Below are positions 24,152 through 37,059 of a DNA stretch of 64,000 nucleotides, in pieces; positions within the stretch are counted from its first letter, which is position 1; every line of letters starts with the position of its first letter. Below the pieces are notes generated by a model. That model was not told the origin of the DNA and did not search any database. It was given only the letters and a program-made list of their open reading frames with translations. The position numbers and the translations under genes were made by a program. Source of the stretch: Basidiobolus meristosporus CBS 931.73 (lineage: Eukaryota > Fungi > Basidiobolomycota); assembly GCA_002104905.1 (NCBI GenBank), contig MCFE01000144.1:1-64000 (forward strand), read 5' to 3'.

Positions 24152-25070
24152 ATGGCTGATTCTGCAGCACCAAGTGAAAATCGTGGCGGTAACGGCTTGC
24201 TTTGTAACTTCCGATCGCGTGTGTGATGTCGGTGTACTCAACGGGATTCATTTACTAGGACGTGGTGGTTTTGGACGTGGTCGTGGCGGCAGAGGCCGCG
24301 GCGGACGTGGCCGTAGAGGTGGACGCAACGACGAAGAGAAGCAATGGTAAGCTGTGGAATGATGGGTCTGGCCCCCTTCCGCGACTAATCGACTCTTCCT
24401 TAGGGTTCCTGTTACCAAGCTTGGCCGTCTCGTCAAGGATGGAAAGATCAAGTCCATGGAGCAAATCTACCTCTTCTCCCTCCCCGTCAAGGAGTACCAG
24501 ATCATCGACTACTTCCTTCCCACCTTGAAGGATGAGGTCGTCAAGATCATGCCCGTTCAGAAGCAGACCACCGCCGGTCAGAGAACCCGCTTCAAGGCTT
24601 TCGTCTTGATCGGTGACTCTGACGGTCATGTCGGTCTCGGTGTCAAGTGCGCCAAGGAAGTTGCCACCGCCATCCGTGGCGCCATCGTCCTTGCCAAGCT
24701 CAGCATCATCCCTGTTCGTAGAGGATATTGGGGATCTTCCCTCGGTTCTCCCCATACCGTCCCAGCCAAGGTCACCGGTAAATGTGGTTCTTCGGTCACC
24801 CGTTTGGTCCCTGCCCCCCGTGGTACCGGTATCGTCGCCGCTCCTACCCCCAAGAAGCTCCTTCAACTTGCTGGTATTACCGATTGTTACACCACCGCTC
24901 GTGGTTCCACCCGTACCTTGGGTAACTTCGTCAAGGCCACATTCGCCGCTATCGGACATACTTACACCTTCTTGACCCCTGACTTGTGGGCTGAGAACAA
25001 GTTCTCCCCCAGTCCCTTCCAAGAGTACTCCGACTACTTGGCCAAGGCTCAAGACAAGGCTAAGTACTAA
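24152..25070 (+). CDS. RPS2: 40S ribosomal protein S2 (uS5), 3 coding exons
   Basis: RGG-rich N-terminus, then [38 protein letters not shown] and RGYWG...[14 protein letters not shown]. Confidence 0.98.
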
Positions 25071-25536
25071 GTAGATCTCTTAGTTCGTTGTCCTTTCTCC
25101 CTCCCTTCCCCTCCCCCATTCATCCATCACCTCGTTGAGTACGAACATTTGACCCAATTCGTGCCGACGTTACCTTGTGCTGTATTCTAATTCTCGGTCC
25201 ATCATTCCGAAAAAAGACTAATAAAAGTGCAAACACCACCAACTGTTCCTCACCCACATTAGTCACCTGGAGGTTTGTTTGTTGTGTTGGTCTTCCACTG
25301 AGTCGAGGGATTCATCTGGCTGGTCGGGGTCACGTGTCAGGGGCCTAAGCCCTCACCCCTCTCTCTCCCCCCTCTCCCCCTTGCTCTTCAGGATAAAATC
25401 GACCGGGGCAGGGGCTTGTTTGGGTGAACACGACGGAGTGGAAAAGTGTACACACTGGTCTGGCGGAAGAGCAAACCACCCAAACTCCCGTAGTCTAGCA
25501 TATAACCCAAGGGGCAACCCCGAGAAGTGACGTAGC

Positions 25537-26538
25537 ATGGATTCAGGTTTCACCATAAAGAAGTCCTTCATATCGGAGGAGAGCGTGGAGGAGATCAAAC
25601 GCAAGAAGCAGGAGGAGTGGGACCGGGCTTACGCGAACGCGGAAACAAGTAAAGTGAAGTGAGGCGGGGTGGGGCGGGGCGGGACGCCCGAGGTTTTTTG
25701 CCCTTCTAACTCACCTTCTTCTAGAACCTCCGGAGGAGGTGTACGATTCCCGACCACTCTTCGAACGTTTGGCTGAACAGCGGACCCTCAAGGAGGAGGC
25801 CCTTATGGAGGCGGCGAAATTCAGTGAGTTCCCTTTTCCTACCGTTCTCACCACTTCTCCACCTTCCCCCTTCCCCTTCCCCTTCCCTCTTCCCTGTTGA
25901 CTAACTCCTCTCGTTCTGTCTCGCTTCCCCGCCGTTCTTCTAGGTAACCTGATCCACCGGATCGACGACGACGAGTTCGACTTCCTGAAAACCCTGGACG
26001 ACGACGAGCGCAAGAAGAAGCTGGAGGTGCTGAAGGAGGAGCAGGAGGAGCTGGAGAGATACAGAAAGTAAGCGGAGCGAGGGGGAGGGGGAGGGGACAG
26101 CCCCTCCTCGGTAACCCTTATCGAACCCACCGTTTCGCTTGCTCACCAGACCGGTCTTTTTTTTTTCCCGATAACAGGGCGGTGCAGGAGGCCTCGCTGA
26201 GCGCCGTACCCGAGACGACCACCGGCGCGGGATCGACCCCCGCTACCGCTCCCGTTCCCGTTCCCGCTTCCACCCCTAAGACGGCCAGCGCCGAATCGAA
26301 ACCCCGTAAGAGGGACCTGCAGAGGGATCTCCTCAAGAGTGTCATCAAGAAGCGACGTGGGTCAGAGGGGACGGCCGACACCCACGGTAAGAAGTCGAGC
26401 GCCGATCGGTCGGACGCCACGAATTCCCAGGTCCTCTCGAAACCCAATTCAACCCCGAGTACCACCACCACCACCACCACCCCGGTCGTCCAGACGTCCC
26501 TCGGCCTGGTGGACTACTCGGACGACGACAGCGATTAG
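25537..26538 (+). CDS. NIP30/FAM192A (PSME3IP1)-like nuclear protein, 4 exons
   Basis: Spliced sequence FISEESVEEIKRKKQEEW...PPEEVYDSRPLFERLAEQR...NLIHRIDDDEFDFL, ending in LGLVDYSDDDSD. Confidence 0.8.
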
Positions 26539-26757
26539 GGGATCTTTTTTAGCAATCGAGGGTTTATTTGGACATTCTGTCTATGGAAAGCAATAGAATT
26601 AAACTGGCGAAACATGCGCGACGTGAAGTGTAAAGGGCGACGGAGGGGTGATGTTTTTCGGCGGGGGCGGGGAAGGGGAAGGGAGAGGAATGGAGGGGGG
26701 GGCTTGTGATATGGGGTGTGGATGGAATTGTGAGGTGGCGGTTACCGGAGTGAGGGT

Positions 26758-27851
26758 TCAGTAGAACGCGATGGTGTGAAGGATGTGGAGCGGGCTTTTC
26801 GAGCTGAACGAGAGCAGGATGTTCTCCATCTCCTCCTCGAAATCCTTCGCCTGATCGATCTGGTGGGGTTGGGGGGGTGAAGGGTGAAGGGAGACGGGAG
26901 AGGAAGAGAACGTGGTGAGTACGCTTGGCTTGGAAATCCTCCCACTGGGGACCAAGAATGATGGCTTACCATGGTCGCCAACTGAAGGATCCATCTTCCA
27001 CCGATGGCTGCGTCCTCGTGGTTATCCTTGATCTCCACGTTGATCACGTGCACGGGCCGGTTGTACCTCCCTCCGCGGGCGGCAAGCTCTGGTGCGTGGA
27101 GAGGAGTGGGTGAGTAGGAAGCGGGGGAAGGGGGGGGAAAGTAGAAGGTGACTGGGGTCAGGTCAGGTCAGGTCAAGGGCTCACCTTCGCACACTGCGTC
27201 GTAGCACCTTTCCTCGCAGGTGAAGATCACGTCGTACGTTCCCTTGGATTCCTGAAAGCGTTCCGGGGCCCGTTTGATCTTCCGGTTCCGGTCGAGCATG
27301 TTCAACAGCCCGTTCTGGGTGTACCTAAGAAGTGGGGAGGGTGGGTGAGCATCCGCGGGGTCTGTGTGCGTGTGCCGGGCCAGAAGTAGGGTAGCCTGCG
27401 TGTGTGTGTGTGTGTGTGTGGGGGGGGGTGAACCATACGTACAAGTTGAAATCCTTCCCTTTGAGCTCGTTGTAGATGGTGTCGTACGGGGTGCCGAATT
27501 GGTAGATGTTGGGTTTGTCTATGGCGGAACCAGGGAGTCTCACCGCGCTTCCGGTCCCAAACGAGGAGATGTTGAAGCCTTTCTTTCTGGGTGGCGGTTG
27601 ACCAGGGGAGAAAAAAACCGGCTCTGGATTAGTCCAATAAACTTTGGAGGAGGGTGTATGTGTATGTGTGTGTGTGGGGGGGGTGAGCGGTCCGGCTGGT
27701 TCGAGTGGAGGGGTGTGGCGAAGGCCCCTTCGTAGTTGGGTGGTGTTGTGTTCGGGGGGGCGAGATTGGTTTGGTTTACTTACTGTAGAACATGGTGGGC
27801 TTCCATGCTACGGTTCTGGTTACTTGCACAGATGACTGCGAACTTCGTCAT
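26758..27851 (-). CDS. SSU72: RNA polymerase II CTD phosphatase Ssu72, 5 exons
   Basis: Catalytic motif [14 protein letters not shown], then [41 protein letters not shown] and [14 protein letters not shown]. Confidence 0.95.
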
Positions 27852-28203
27852 ACTCGGTTTGCTTACACGACACAGGCGAAAGTGATCAGGTAATTTTGAT
27901 GGTTGAGTAGTTTAATTTATTCGTCCTATGATGGTGGTGGTGGGGGGGGGGGAGAAGCTTTTTTTCCGACTGGTCACGGGACCTGCCAGGATTATGGTGG
28001 TTGTTGTTGGGTGGGACTGGATGAATGGTACAGATGATGATGAATCATTTACTTTGTTGCATTGGTGTGTAGAAGGGTTGAAAGAGAGGGAGGAAGAAAG
28101 AGAGAGAGAGAGAGAGGGGGGGGGTACGGCTCCTAAAGAATGCAATGGTCGATGGATCTATAGATACGATGATGCAATGGGTTCGAAGGCCAAAGGGGCC
28201 GCT

Positions 28204-31200
28204 TTAGTGTCCACGAAGGGAAGTTTTGCTGATCATCTTGCGCTGGCTCTTCTTCTTGGTCTTCTTGGGGGCGGGTGTGTCGTCGTTGATGTAGTGCACC
28301 AGGTCTTCGATGGGCAGATGTCCTCTGGATCCGGCCACCGCATGATCGAATGGATGGCTCTGGAGGGGGGCGGCGCTGGTCTCGGTGACCTCCTCGCGAA
28401 GCTGTTGCATGGCCAGATGCTTCTCGTGGAGTTTCAGTTTGGCCATGTAGACCGCGTTGGCAGTCAGGTCCTGGAGCCATTGGGAGCTCTCCAAGGTCTT
28501 GGGATCCTCTGGGCCGAGGTTTTGGTGGAAGACCTTGTATGCGGCCTTCTCAATGGTAAGCGCTTTCTTGAAGTCCCCGGTGAGGGCGTACGCCTTGGCA
28601 AGCGAATGGTTGCTGCTGGCGGTAAGCACATGCTCCTCCCCTAGGATACTTTCGTGGATGTTCTTCGCGCGCTCGAAGAACACCTTGCTTAGCTCGAAGT
28701 CACGAAGGCTTTGCAACATCACGGCAATGTTGTTGTCGGTGGTGGTGGAGTCGGGGTGTCCGGGCCCGTAGATGATGTCCCAGAAGTTCAACGCGTGCTT
28801 GATGTATTTAAGTGCCAATCTGGTGTTGCCGTTGGCATGCTCGAACAACGCAAGGTTCAAGTAATTGTGGATGGTGTCTGGGTGATCCAGACCACAGGTT
28901 CTCTCCGAAACGATCACTGCCTTGCGTTGGAAATCGATAGCGGTTTCCTCATCCCCAGTATGATGGTAGATCATGGCAAGGGCGGCGTAGCATCTACCGG
29001 TCTCGGGGTGCAAAAAGCCGTAGGATTGTTCGTGGAGGGCCAATGACTCCTGCAGCAATTCAAGTCCAAGCTCTCGCTGTCCTTGGGCCAAACTGATCTT
29101 GCCCGCCTCGAAGGCCTCCTCGGCGAAGACGCTCTTCGGGCTGGCCTCTTTGACGGTGGGGACAATGTTGAGGATGTCGTCAGGGACAAAGGTGGTGGAG
29201 ACCACCGGTTTGCCTTTGGACATCTTGGGCTGGGATTGGGTGACCGCCTCGAAGTGATAATCCCTGGCATGGATCTGGATTCCGACTCGTTGGCAGATCT
29301 CACGCAACAGGGGAAGCTTCTTGATCTTGGATTGAAGATAATCCTCAGGGAGCTTGTATCTGAATCGAAGGACGATCTCCTCGTAGAGCTTGCTTCTCAA
29401 CAAGGCAGGGGTGAGCAAGGAATAGCTGAAGTCAGTCTTCATGGTGGGGACTGGGCTGGCGTTGTGCTCAACTCCGAGGAGACAGTTGAAGAAGTGGGCG
29501 ATGCAGTCCGCAATGTAGATCTGGGGTAGCTCCTGCAAGTACCTACGAAGAAGTCGCTTCGAGGCACGAATGATCATCTCCTGGATGGTGAGATCGGTGA
29601 TCTGCACCAAGCGAGCGTTCTGGATGGATCCAGCCAAGGTGGCGATTCTACCAAGGTATCTCATGTTGATGCCGCGTTTGTGCATCGTCTTGGAAAGGGC
29701 GTTGCCGTCAATGGGTGACACAAGATAGGTGCTCAAATCGATCACAAGATTGGGGATCACGATGGTCTGCAAGAACTTGGACGCCTCTCTCACGGTGTTT
29801 TCTTGTTCAGCCAACACGCTGTCCTTCTCCCCATTTTCTCCGGTTTCGGTCTTCACTTCGGTAAACACGTCGGGATTGAAGGCAAGCTTGAAGTTGGCAA
29901 CATCCTCAGCGGTAACCTCGTATTCAGGTGCAGCGGCTTGTTCCTCAGCGGCCGCGTCGGTTTCTTCCTTGGCGGCACCCTCGACTGGTTTGGCTTGCTC
30001 CTCTCCAGATTCCGGCTTCTGGGCAGAATCGATCTTCTCCTTGATGTATTGTCTGAATCTATGCTCCCAATACAAGTCGATCAGCTCGGGTCTTAGCAGG
30101 GTCATCTTATGTGGGTAAGCTGGGAGATCCCCCTCTTCCTTGGGGGCGGCACACTCTTGTTGCTGGAACTCGATATCCACTGGGTTGATTCTGTACAAGT
30201 CGAGTAGATATCTACGTCCGTCGTCGCCTTGCAGTCCCTTGGTTTCGATGGAGGTGAACAGAGATTTCTTTTCACCCTTCTCATCCACAAGAGTATGCTC
30301 GTCGATGTGAAGGGCCTTGGCGAGCTGTCCCACCAATTCGTGGAATTTCTCATCGGCAGCGATGGTAACTCCGTTATCCACCGATCCGTACACGATCGAG
30401 TTGTCATCCTGTCTACGGAAGATTCCTGAGACGATGCTTTGTGCGACCACACGGACTCCCTTGTAGTCGATCACAGCGCTGCCCAATGAATGCAGATTCT
30501 CTACATCCACGCCATTCAATGCGCGGGCTCCTTCGATGTCCTTGCCGGCGGCGACGTGGGCTGCTTCGTCACCACCCAACTTCTCGAATGCACCTCGACC
30601 GTCGAATCCTTTGCTGAAGAAGATGTTGTTGTGGATGTACATGTGGGATTCGGGGGCATCCAGTGGGTTCACTGGAACAACATTCCCCTCGACAATGGAG
30701 ATGGCTCCCTTGATGGCAGCCTCGGTGAAGTCCGCGTTGACCTTGTTCAGGAGACGGTCCCGGAACACTCGTTCCTGAAGATTGGTGCGGGGAAGCTCGC
30801 GGTGAGATTGGATCTCCTCGTTCCAATCGCGGAAGGAATCCGCCGCATCAGTACCGAAGTTGAGATAAGGCTCAGCGATACGGCAGAGGTCACTGGTGTG
30901 TGGGGTTGGCTTGACGCACCAAGGGTGAGAGGTGATGGAGGCGGGGACGGGAAGGATCTCCAAGACTTGGTGACGGGTAATGAATTCCTGGAGCTCCTTG
31001 AATTTTTGTGCAAACAGTGGTGACAGCTTCTGCAGCAAACTGATCAATGAGTGGCTCTCCACCGCCTTGGTACCAACACGTGGGTTGGGGTCGAAGGACT
31101 GTACTGTGGACTTGTTGACGTAGAAGCCAGACACAGAGGAGGTGATATTGACCACTTCATTCTCCAACGTAGTCACAGTCAAGTACATGAGGTCTCCCTT

Positions 31201-32121
31201 GAGTTTGCGTTGATGTGGGACGGGGTTCCAGCCGGAAAAGGAGAGATTCTTCAAGCAGCGGATGGGGGATCTTTGGAAGTCAGCTGGGAAGAACTGAGAG
31301 AGTGGGAACCGAGCATCCAGGTCATAGTGGGTGAAGGTATGCTCGATAGGAGTTTGGTCCTTACGCTCTGCGATTTCCTTCTCGTTCTCCTCTTTGACGT
31401 CTGCGCAGGTATATCTGGTTAGTTACGAGGAACAATGTGTGGTGGTGTCTGGTCGAGGCTATTTACCAAGATCGTTGCCCGAGATGGCCGTGAAAAGAGG
31501 AATGGCCGAGTCAACGCCAACTGCGAACGCATTGGATTTGATAGGGCCGGCCAGCAGATCTTTCAAGCGAATAAGATGGATGCGGGCTTCCTGCTCGGTG
31601 TACGCATCTACATGCAGACAGATGTGCCAATTAGTACGAGGCTGCGTCGCTCTGCAGATTCCCTTACTTACCCTCCACTAAAGTAAGCTGGCTTTCGGAG
31701 TTGAGGCCTTCCACCTCGGCCAAAGTCATAAAGTCATTGAGCTTCTGACCCTCAAGAGAGAGGTAGAAGCAAGAGTATATGCAGGTTTCTGGGGACTCCA
31801 CCAATGCTTGACGAACATCACGAATTGTCTCCTGGGGATTAACCTAGATAGAAGAGGCGTCGGTGAGTGGATGAACAAGTGGCGGTGATGAGCAAGACGT
31901 GAACACCCACCAACACTTGGGTTTGTCCTCCGGTAGGAAGGAGAACGTTGATTTCAAATGAGTCGTCAACCACCTCTTCTAGAAGTTAGAGTGGTTTAGC
32001 AAAGCGAGGTTAGGTCGAGCAAACCGGTGGTTGACTTACCTTGGGCGACCTCCTTTTCGGCCACTTCGGCGACAGGCTCGGCTTGCGCCTGTTGTGCGTT
32101 GATATCTTCAGCTTGCACCAT
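28204..32121 (-). CDS. CLU1: Clustered mitochondria protein (Clu1/TIF31/CLUH), 5 exons
   Basis: CLU_N region; LSFSGWNPVPHQRKLKGDLMYL; DWNEEIQSHRELP; YNNIFFS-like segment; AQSIVSGI; GDDGRRYLLDL; C-terminal TPR repeats. Confidence 0.95.
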
Positions 32122-33089
32122 GGTTACTGAGGGGTTTGGGGAAAGAGAGATTGACTAAACAAGGTATATGGCTTACTATGGACGTTAAATTTATATCACC
32201 ATCAATGGACAGGCGATCCGGAGAACATCAAAATTTTTAGGGCCGCCAATTTAAAAGCCACCTCTCGAGAATCTCGTAGGAAGCTACCGTGCGAGCCAAT
32301 GATCGCTCGTGATTTTCGGTAAAATGGATTGCTGCATTTGCCCATCCGCAGTTCCCAACTATACTCAAGGTCCATGTAGCAACAGTCTGGGAGACATAGG
32401 CGAGTAGGTTGGCCATATCCGTATACGAATCTGAACAGCATGGCTGGCGGGAATTGGCAGTCGTTAAGCCTATCCTGGTGGAATTTCTTCAGTAAGGTGA
32501 CCAACTCTGCCTACTGGAGAGGACCGAATTTCAGCATTTGCGCGTAATTATTGCAAGTGGCTCTATGCGACCTGATCATACATTGACCAAGCGTCTTTTT
32601 CGCGAAACCAACCTTTTCTTAACATGAGCGGGATGACAACTCTCTTGAACCAATCCTGGGGCCTTTATGAGGAACATGGCCAGCACAATGGGCTCAATGT
32701 TGGCAATTCTTTTGATACATATCCTCACAATACTCAAGCAAACTACCCTACACCTCATACATATAATTAGTGTGCCATTGGGTATTCTCGGGCAGGCATC
32801 ACTCGGTGTGGATGAAAAATCGCATCATCTTCAGCGGTTTGATTCCCTGCGATTTTAGTGGTTTTGGTTGGATTTATTGGGATTAGCATTTAACTTGTTG
32901 TAGGTTTAACTATACCCAATGGATTCTTATCAACAAGTTTTGATATCACCGCTTCTCTAGAAAATTCCATTTAGTCCCCGATACTGTTACCAAGTTGAGA
33001 TTCAACAGACATTGACTTTGTTCACATGTTGCCCATGTCTTGGTCAAAGCTGTTGCAAATAACAAGGCTGACAAATACTTGCTTATAGA

Positions 33090-33570
33090 TGTTGCAAAAG
33101 TCTTGGAGATATTAGAAGTGGTAGGGAGGACAAGTAGATTTTGTTTTCACTTAATGATTCATTGAATGTAAAAGTGTATTTATACTTTTACATGGTCTTG
33201 ACAAAAAAAACACCAAGAATATGTTTAGAGAGGTCTCAAGAGCATGTGTACAAAGTTTGGGGCTGTATGGACTACTTTGAGAAATCTCATGTTCTGGGTA
33301 CCTGATGTTTTGGCAAAAATATTCCAAGTAAATCCCAAAAAGGAGTTTGGTCAGAGTTCTCTAAGATTAGTAGACCATGCTCTGAGTGAATAAGTTGGAC
33401 AGATATTTAGGTGTAATCCCACTTGACTCAATACTCATATTCATTAGTCCTAACTGCAATTCACAGTATTTAAATTTGTCTCTAACCAATGACTTGGTAA
33501 ATATTTGTGCAATGATTTATCTGTGGACAGTAAGCTAAGCTAGCTAAGTTATCCTCTGTAGCTTCAGTAA
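33090..33570 (-). mobile_element. 3' end of a copia element (RNaseH tail, PPT, LTR)
   Basis: LTR homologous to the 6523 copy starts at 33090. A PPT-like TGAGTCAAGTGGGA is preceded on the minus strand by an RNaseH tail (ADIFTKSL..DKF). Confidence 0.75.
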
Positions 33571-34925
33571 TAACTCAATTGCCAATTACACTGACCTACT
33601 CAATGCTAACATCAAGCCCAACCCCACACTTAACAAGTAACTCCATTAAATCCACCATTCAATGAGTATTTCTGCTGTAACACCCTTTTTCCATAACTTT
33701 GGTGGGAACCCTATGTCTTTTTGCCACTGTTCATTCACTGGTTCCTATACATCCTGGTCTTCAGCCAGCACTGCAAGTTCTTGCACCTCATCTGCCAGTC
33801 TTTGCAATAAATCCTTACAATATTCAAATGCATTTTCTTAAGCACTGCTCTTGAAGAAGTGCTGCAACCTCTTAGTGTGCCAAGTAATGTTCCAAAATTC
33901 TACAGTGGGCTTTGTGCTAGTCCTTTGATTACTTGGTGTTGCTGCTTTACCTTTTTATGGGATCTCTACTCTGTCTACAATGGAGGACATGGAGGCTGCA
34001 GTAGACAAATTGCCTTTCTCTGCAAACCCACCTACCTCACTGGGGTGTAGTTCAATGGCTGTGCTTCCAACTCTTGTGAAAACAGCAGTCATCTTGTTAG
34101 CAAACCTACTTGGCTTTTGTGTGATTCAGATTGTGCTTGGTTTACATCATTAATTGGTGAGAGCTTTGTCTGTCAGTGGGATCTCCACTCTGTCAACAAT
34201 GGAGGTTGTGGAGGCTGTGGTAGACAAATTGCCTTCCTTTGCAAACTCAGCTACCTCACTGGAGTGTAGCTCAACTGGCTGCACTTCCAACTCTTCCTCA
34301 TGAAAAATAATTTGGTCCCATGGGTGGATCCAATCTGGATCAGCCATCAGGATCCCATTTGGAGACTGTCATAATATCAGCAGCTTGGAATTAGTGACCC
34401 TCTTAACAATCTCATGACAGGATCATGACAATGTTTGGCTAATTTTACAGCCAAATAAAGTTATAAAACTTGACAGGATTTGATTGGCACTGTAGCAATA
34501 ATTGCATGGCATTGTTGCGGTCTTGATGTGCTCTACAACTATTTTGAATGGATCTAACCAGCCAGTACATCCTACTGCCTTATATGGCAAAAAACTTGAC
34601 AGTGTTTTGACAGCCTCAATGCAAGTCACTGATGGCATTATTATGGCAATATGGTGGCCTACATCTAGTTCTGCATAAAGCTACCATACCAATTTACTAA
34701 ATGGTATTTCTTTTTTCTACCTCCCCTTGTGCAATTCATATATTCCACTGTAGAATCCCCACTCTTTATTTGCTTACCTACTATTACCTTGGGTACTCCA
34801 CATATAGCTTGAATCAAAAAGCTATGGCCTCCTGCTTACTAACCTCTATAAATGCACACACCTGCTGCAATTGACATACTTCTATTACCTCAACTTTACG
34901 GCTTTTTAGTGTGATACTTGCAAAT
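33570..34925 (-). mobile_element. CACTA-family debris: transposase C-terminal region plus an ORF2 fragment
   Basis: 34300-34925 is homologous to 45010-45620, which follows the transposase C-terminus. 33570-34295 is homologous to ORF2 copies at 40400-40950 and 47400-47950. Confidence 0.6.
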
Positions 34926-37058
34926 TGCTGTAAGAGTCTTGGAGATATTGGAAGTGATTTGGGAGGACAAGTATATTATATGGCTCACACTTGATGATTA
35001 ATTGAATGTAAAAGTAGTATTTATACTTTTACATGATCTTGGCATTACAAACACATAAGGTGCATTAAGGAGGGTCCCAAGAGTATGCATGCAAAGTTTG
35101 GGGCTGTTTGGACAACTTTGAGAATTTTGATGCTCTGGATACCTGGTATTTTGGTGAAAATATTCTAAGTGAATCCTAACAAGGAATTTGATCAGTATTC
35201 ACTTGGATTTGAAGATAATGATCTGAGTGACTAAGTTAGGTCAACATTAGGACTAGTCCGTATCAGCCTTAAGCTGAGTGGGAGTGTTGTAAAAATCTGT
35301 AATTCCACTAAAATATCCACCTAGTATATTCAAACTTGTCTCTTGCTAATGGTTTGGTAAATATATCTGCATTCATTTCATCTGAAGGACAGTAAGCTAA
35401 GCTAACCAAGTTATTCTCTATAGCTTCACATAAGAAATGATGTCTAATATCTATGTGCTTAGTTCAAGCATGAAAATTTGGATTTCTACCTAATTGTATA
35501 CATCCTTCATAATCTTGAAATAAAGTAATAGGCATTCTTTGATATAGGCCCAAATCTGTAAGAAGCATTCTTAACCACATTGCTTCTTTTGTGGCTTCAC
35601 AGGCTGCTACATACTCTGCCTCTGTGGTAGAAAGTGCTATGGCTGGTTGGTTTGTTGAATTCCATTAGATTGCTACTTTAGAGTAAAGAAAGGTGTATCC
35701 TGTGGTGGATCTTCTGTCTTCCAAATTTTGTCCCCAAACAGCATCAGAGTATCCTACAAGATCCTGCTCTGAATCCTTTTAAGTGTATCTTAAGCAGATA
35801 TCAGCAGCTCCTTTTAGGTATCTAAAAATCCACTTACCTGCTGCAATATGATCAGATCCATAGTTCTGATTATGCTGGCTGACACTTCCCACTGAATATT
35901 AGATATCTAGACATGTTCTAAGCATAATGTACATCAAACTGCCGGCCATAGATTGATAAGGAAAGTCAGGGCTTTCAGATGGCACCAAGCTCTGCTGATT
36001 TGGTTGAGTGTTGACCAAGTTAAGGTTTGTCTCTGTTGGGGTAGCTGCCAGTTTACAGTCTTCCATTTGGAACTTCTTTATTAAATCATGAATATACTTG
36101 GATTTGCTTAGGGTGATAGTCTGGGCACTTATGTCTATGGAGAACTTAATCCCTAAGTAGTAACTGAGCTCTCCTAGATTGGACATCTTGAACTCCTTAA
36201 ATAGGCTGGATTTAGTCTCTTTCAATGTTGCTAGGTCATTGGTGGCTATAATAAGATCATCCACATATAGAGCTAATAGAGCTGGATTTGCTCTATCTGG
36301 TTTATAGTATATACTATTGTCAGCATTACTCCTTTTGAAACTCAAGGATTCCAAATAAGAATCTATCTTGCTATACCAGGCTCTTGGTGATTGCTTGAGA
36401 CCATGTAGAGATTTTTTAATCTTGCAGACCAAAAGGGGGTTATCTTGGTCAACAAACCCATCATGCTGGTCCATATAAACATCCTCATCAAGTTCTCCAT
36501 TCAAAAATGCAGTTTTTACATCCATTTGATGAACAAAAAATTTATATTTGGCTGCAATAGCCAATATCAATCAGACAGAATTAAAGTTGGCTACCCGTGC
36601 AAAGGTCTCAGTATAGTCAAGTCCTTTTGTTGGAGATTATCCTTTGGCCACAAGTCTTACTTTGTATCTTTAAATTGTACCATCAGCCTCATACTTTATG
36701 TTAACAACCATCTGCATCCAATTGATTTTTAGTTGATTGGTAATTTGACTTAGTCCCAAGTTTGATTTTCCATCAGAGCCAGATATTCCTCAGTCATTAC
36801 AAATCTCCAAAACTTTGTCTGAGGGCTATATAGGGCCTCTTTTACAGTTTGGGGCTCATCACTATGGGCTGAATAGGCATAGGCTAAGTTTGTACCCTCA
36901 TTGATATAATAATTAGGGTTATATCTTGTCTGGTTGGATCTCAGGGCATTTGATACTAGAATGCTCACTTCTGGGATATTCCTGGCCACTGATTCAGGCT
37001 GAACCATGGGTGTAGAGTCCTCTGGAGTGAAAAAATCTTCATTGTTCTGCTTTGACCA
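34926..37058 (-). mobile_element. Ty1/copia 3' half (RT, RNaseH, PPT, 3' LTR) inserted in a CACTA copy
   Basis: Motifs EPQTVKEAL, YKVRLVAKG, HQMDVKTAFLNGEL, LKQSPRAW, LYVDDL and RNaseH DIFTKPL. The LTR starts at 34926. Confidence 0.9.
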
Positions 37059-37059
37059 C

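Noticed and set aside
25390-25530. Structured-RNA candidate (GGGGCAACCCC GNRA hairpin, tggcggaagagca resembling SRP helix 8)
   Set aside because: The stem flanking GGAA is too short for SRP, and no RNase P, MRP or snRNA conserved boxes are present. More likely the promoter or 5' UTR of the next gene.
22295-31422. Long alternative-frame or antisense ORFs overlapping RasGAP, RPS2 and CLU1 (for example 24255-25052 -, 27928-28644 +)
   Set aside because: Shadow ORFs caused by GC-rich codon bias of the real genes.
32200-32860. Short ORFs upstream of CLU1
   Set aside because: No motif, no consistent frame and no splice model.
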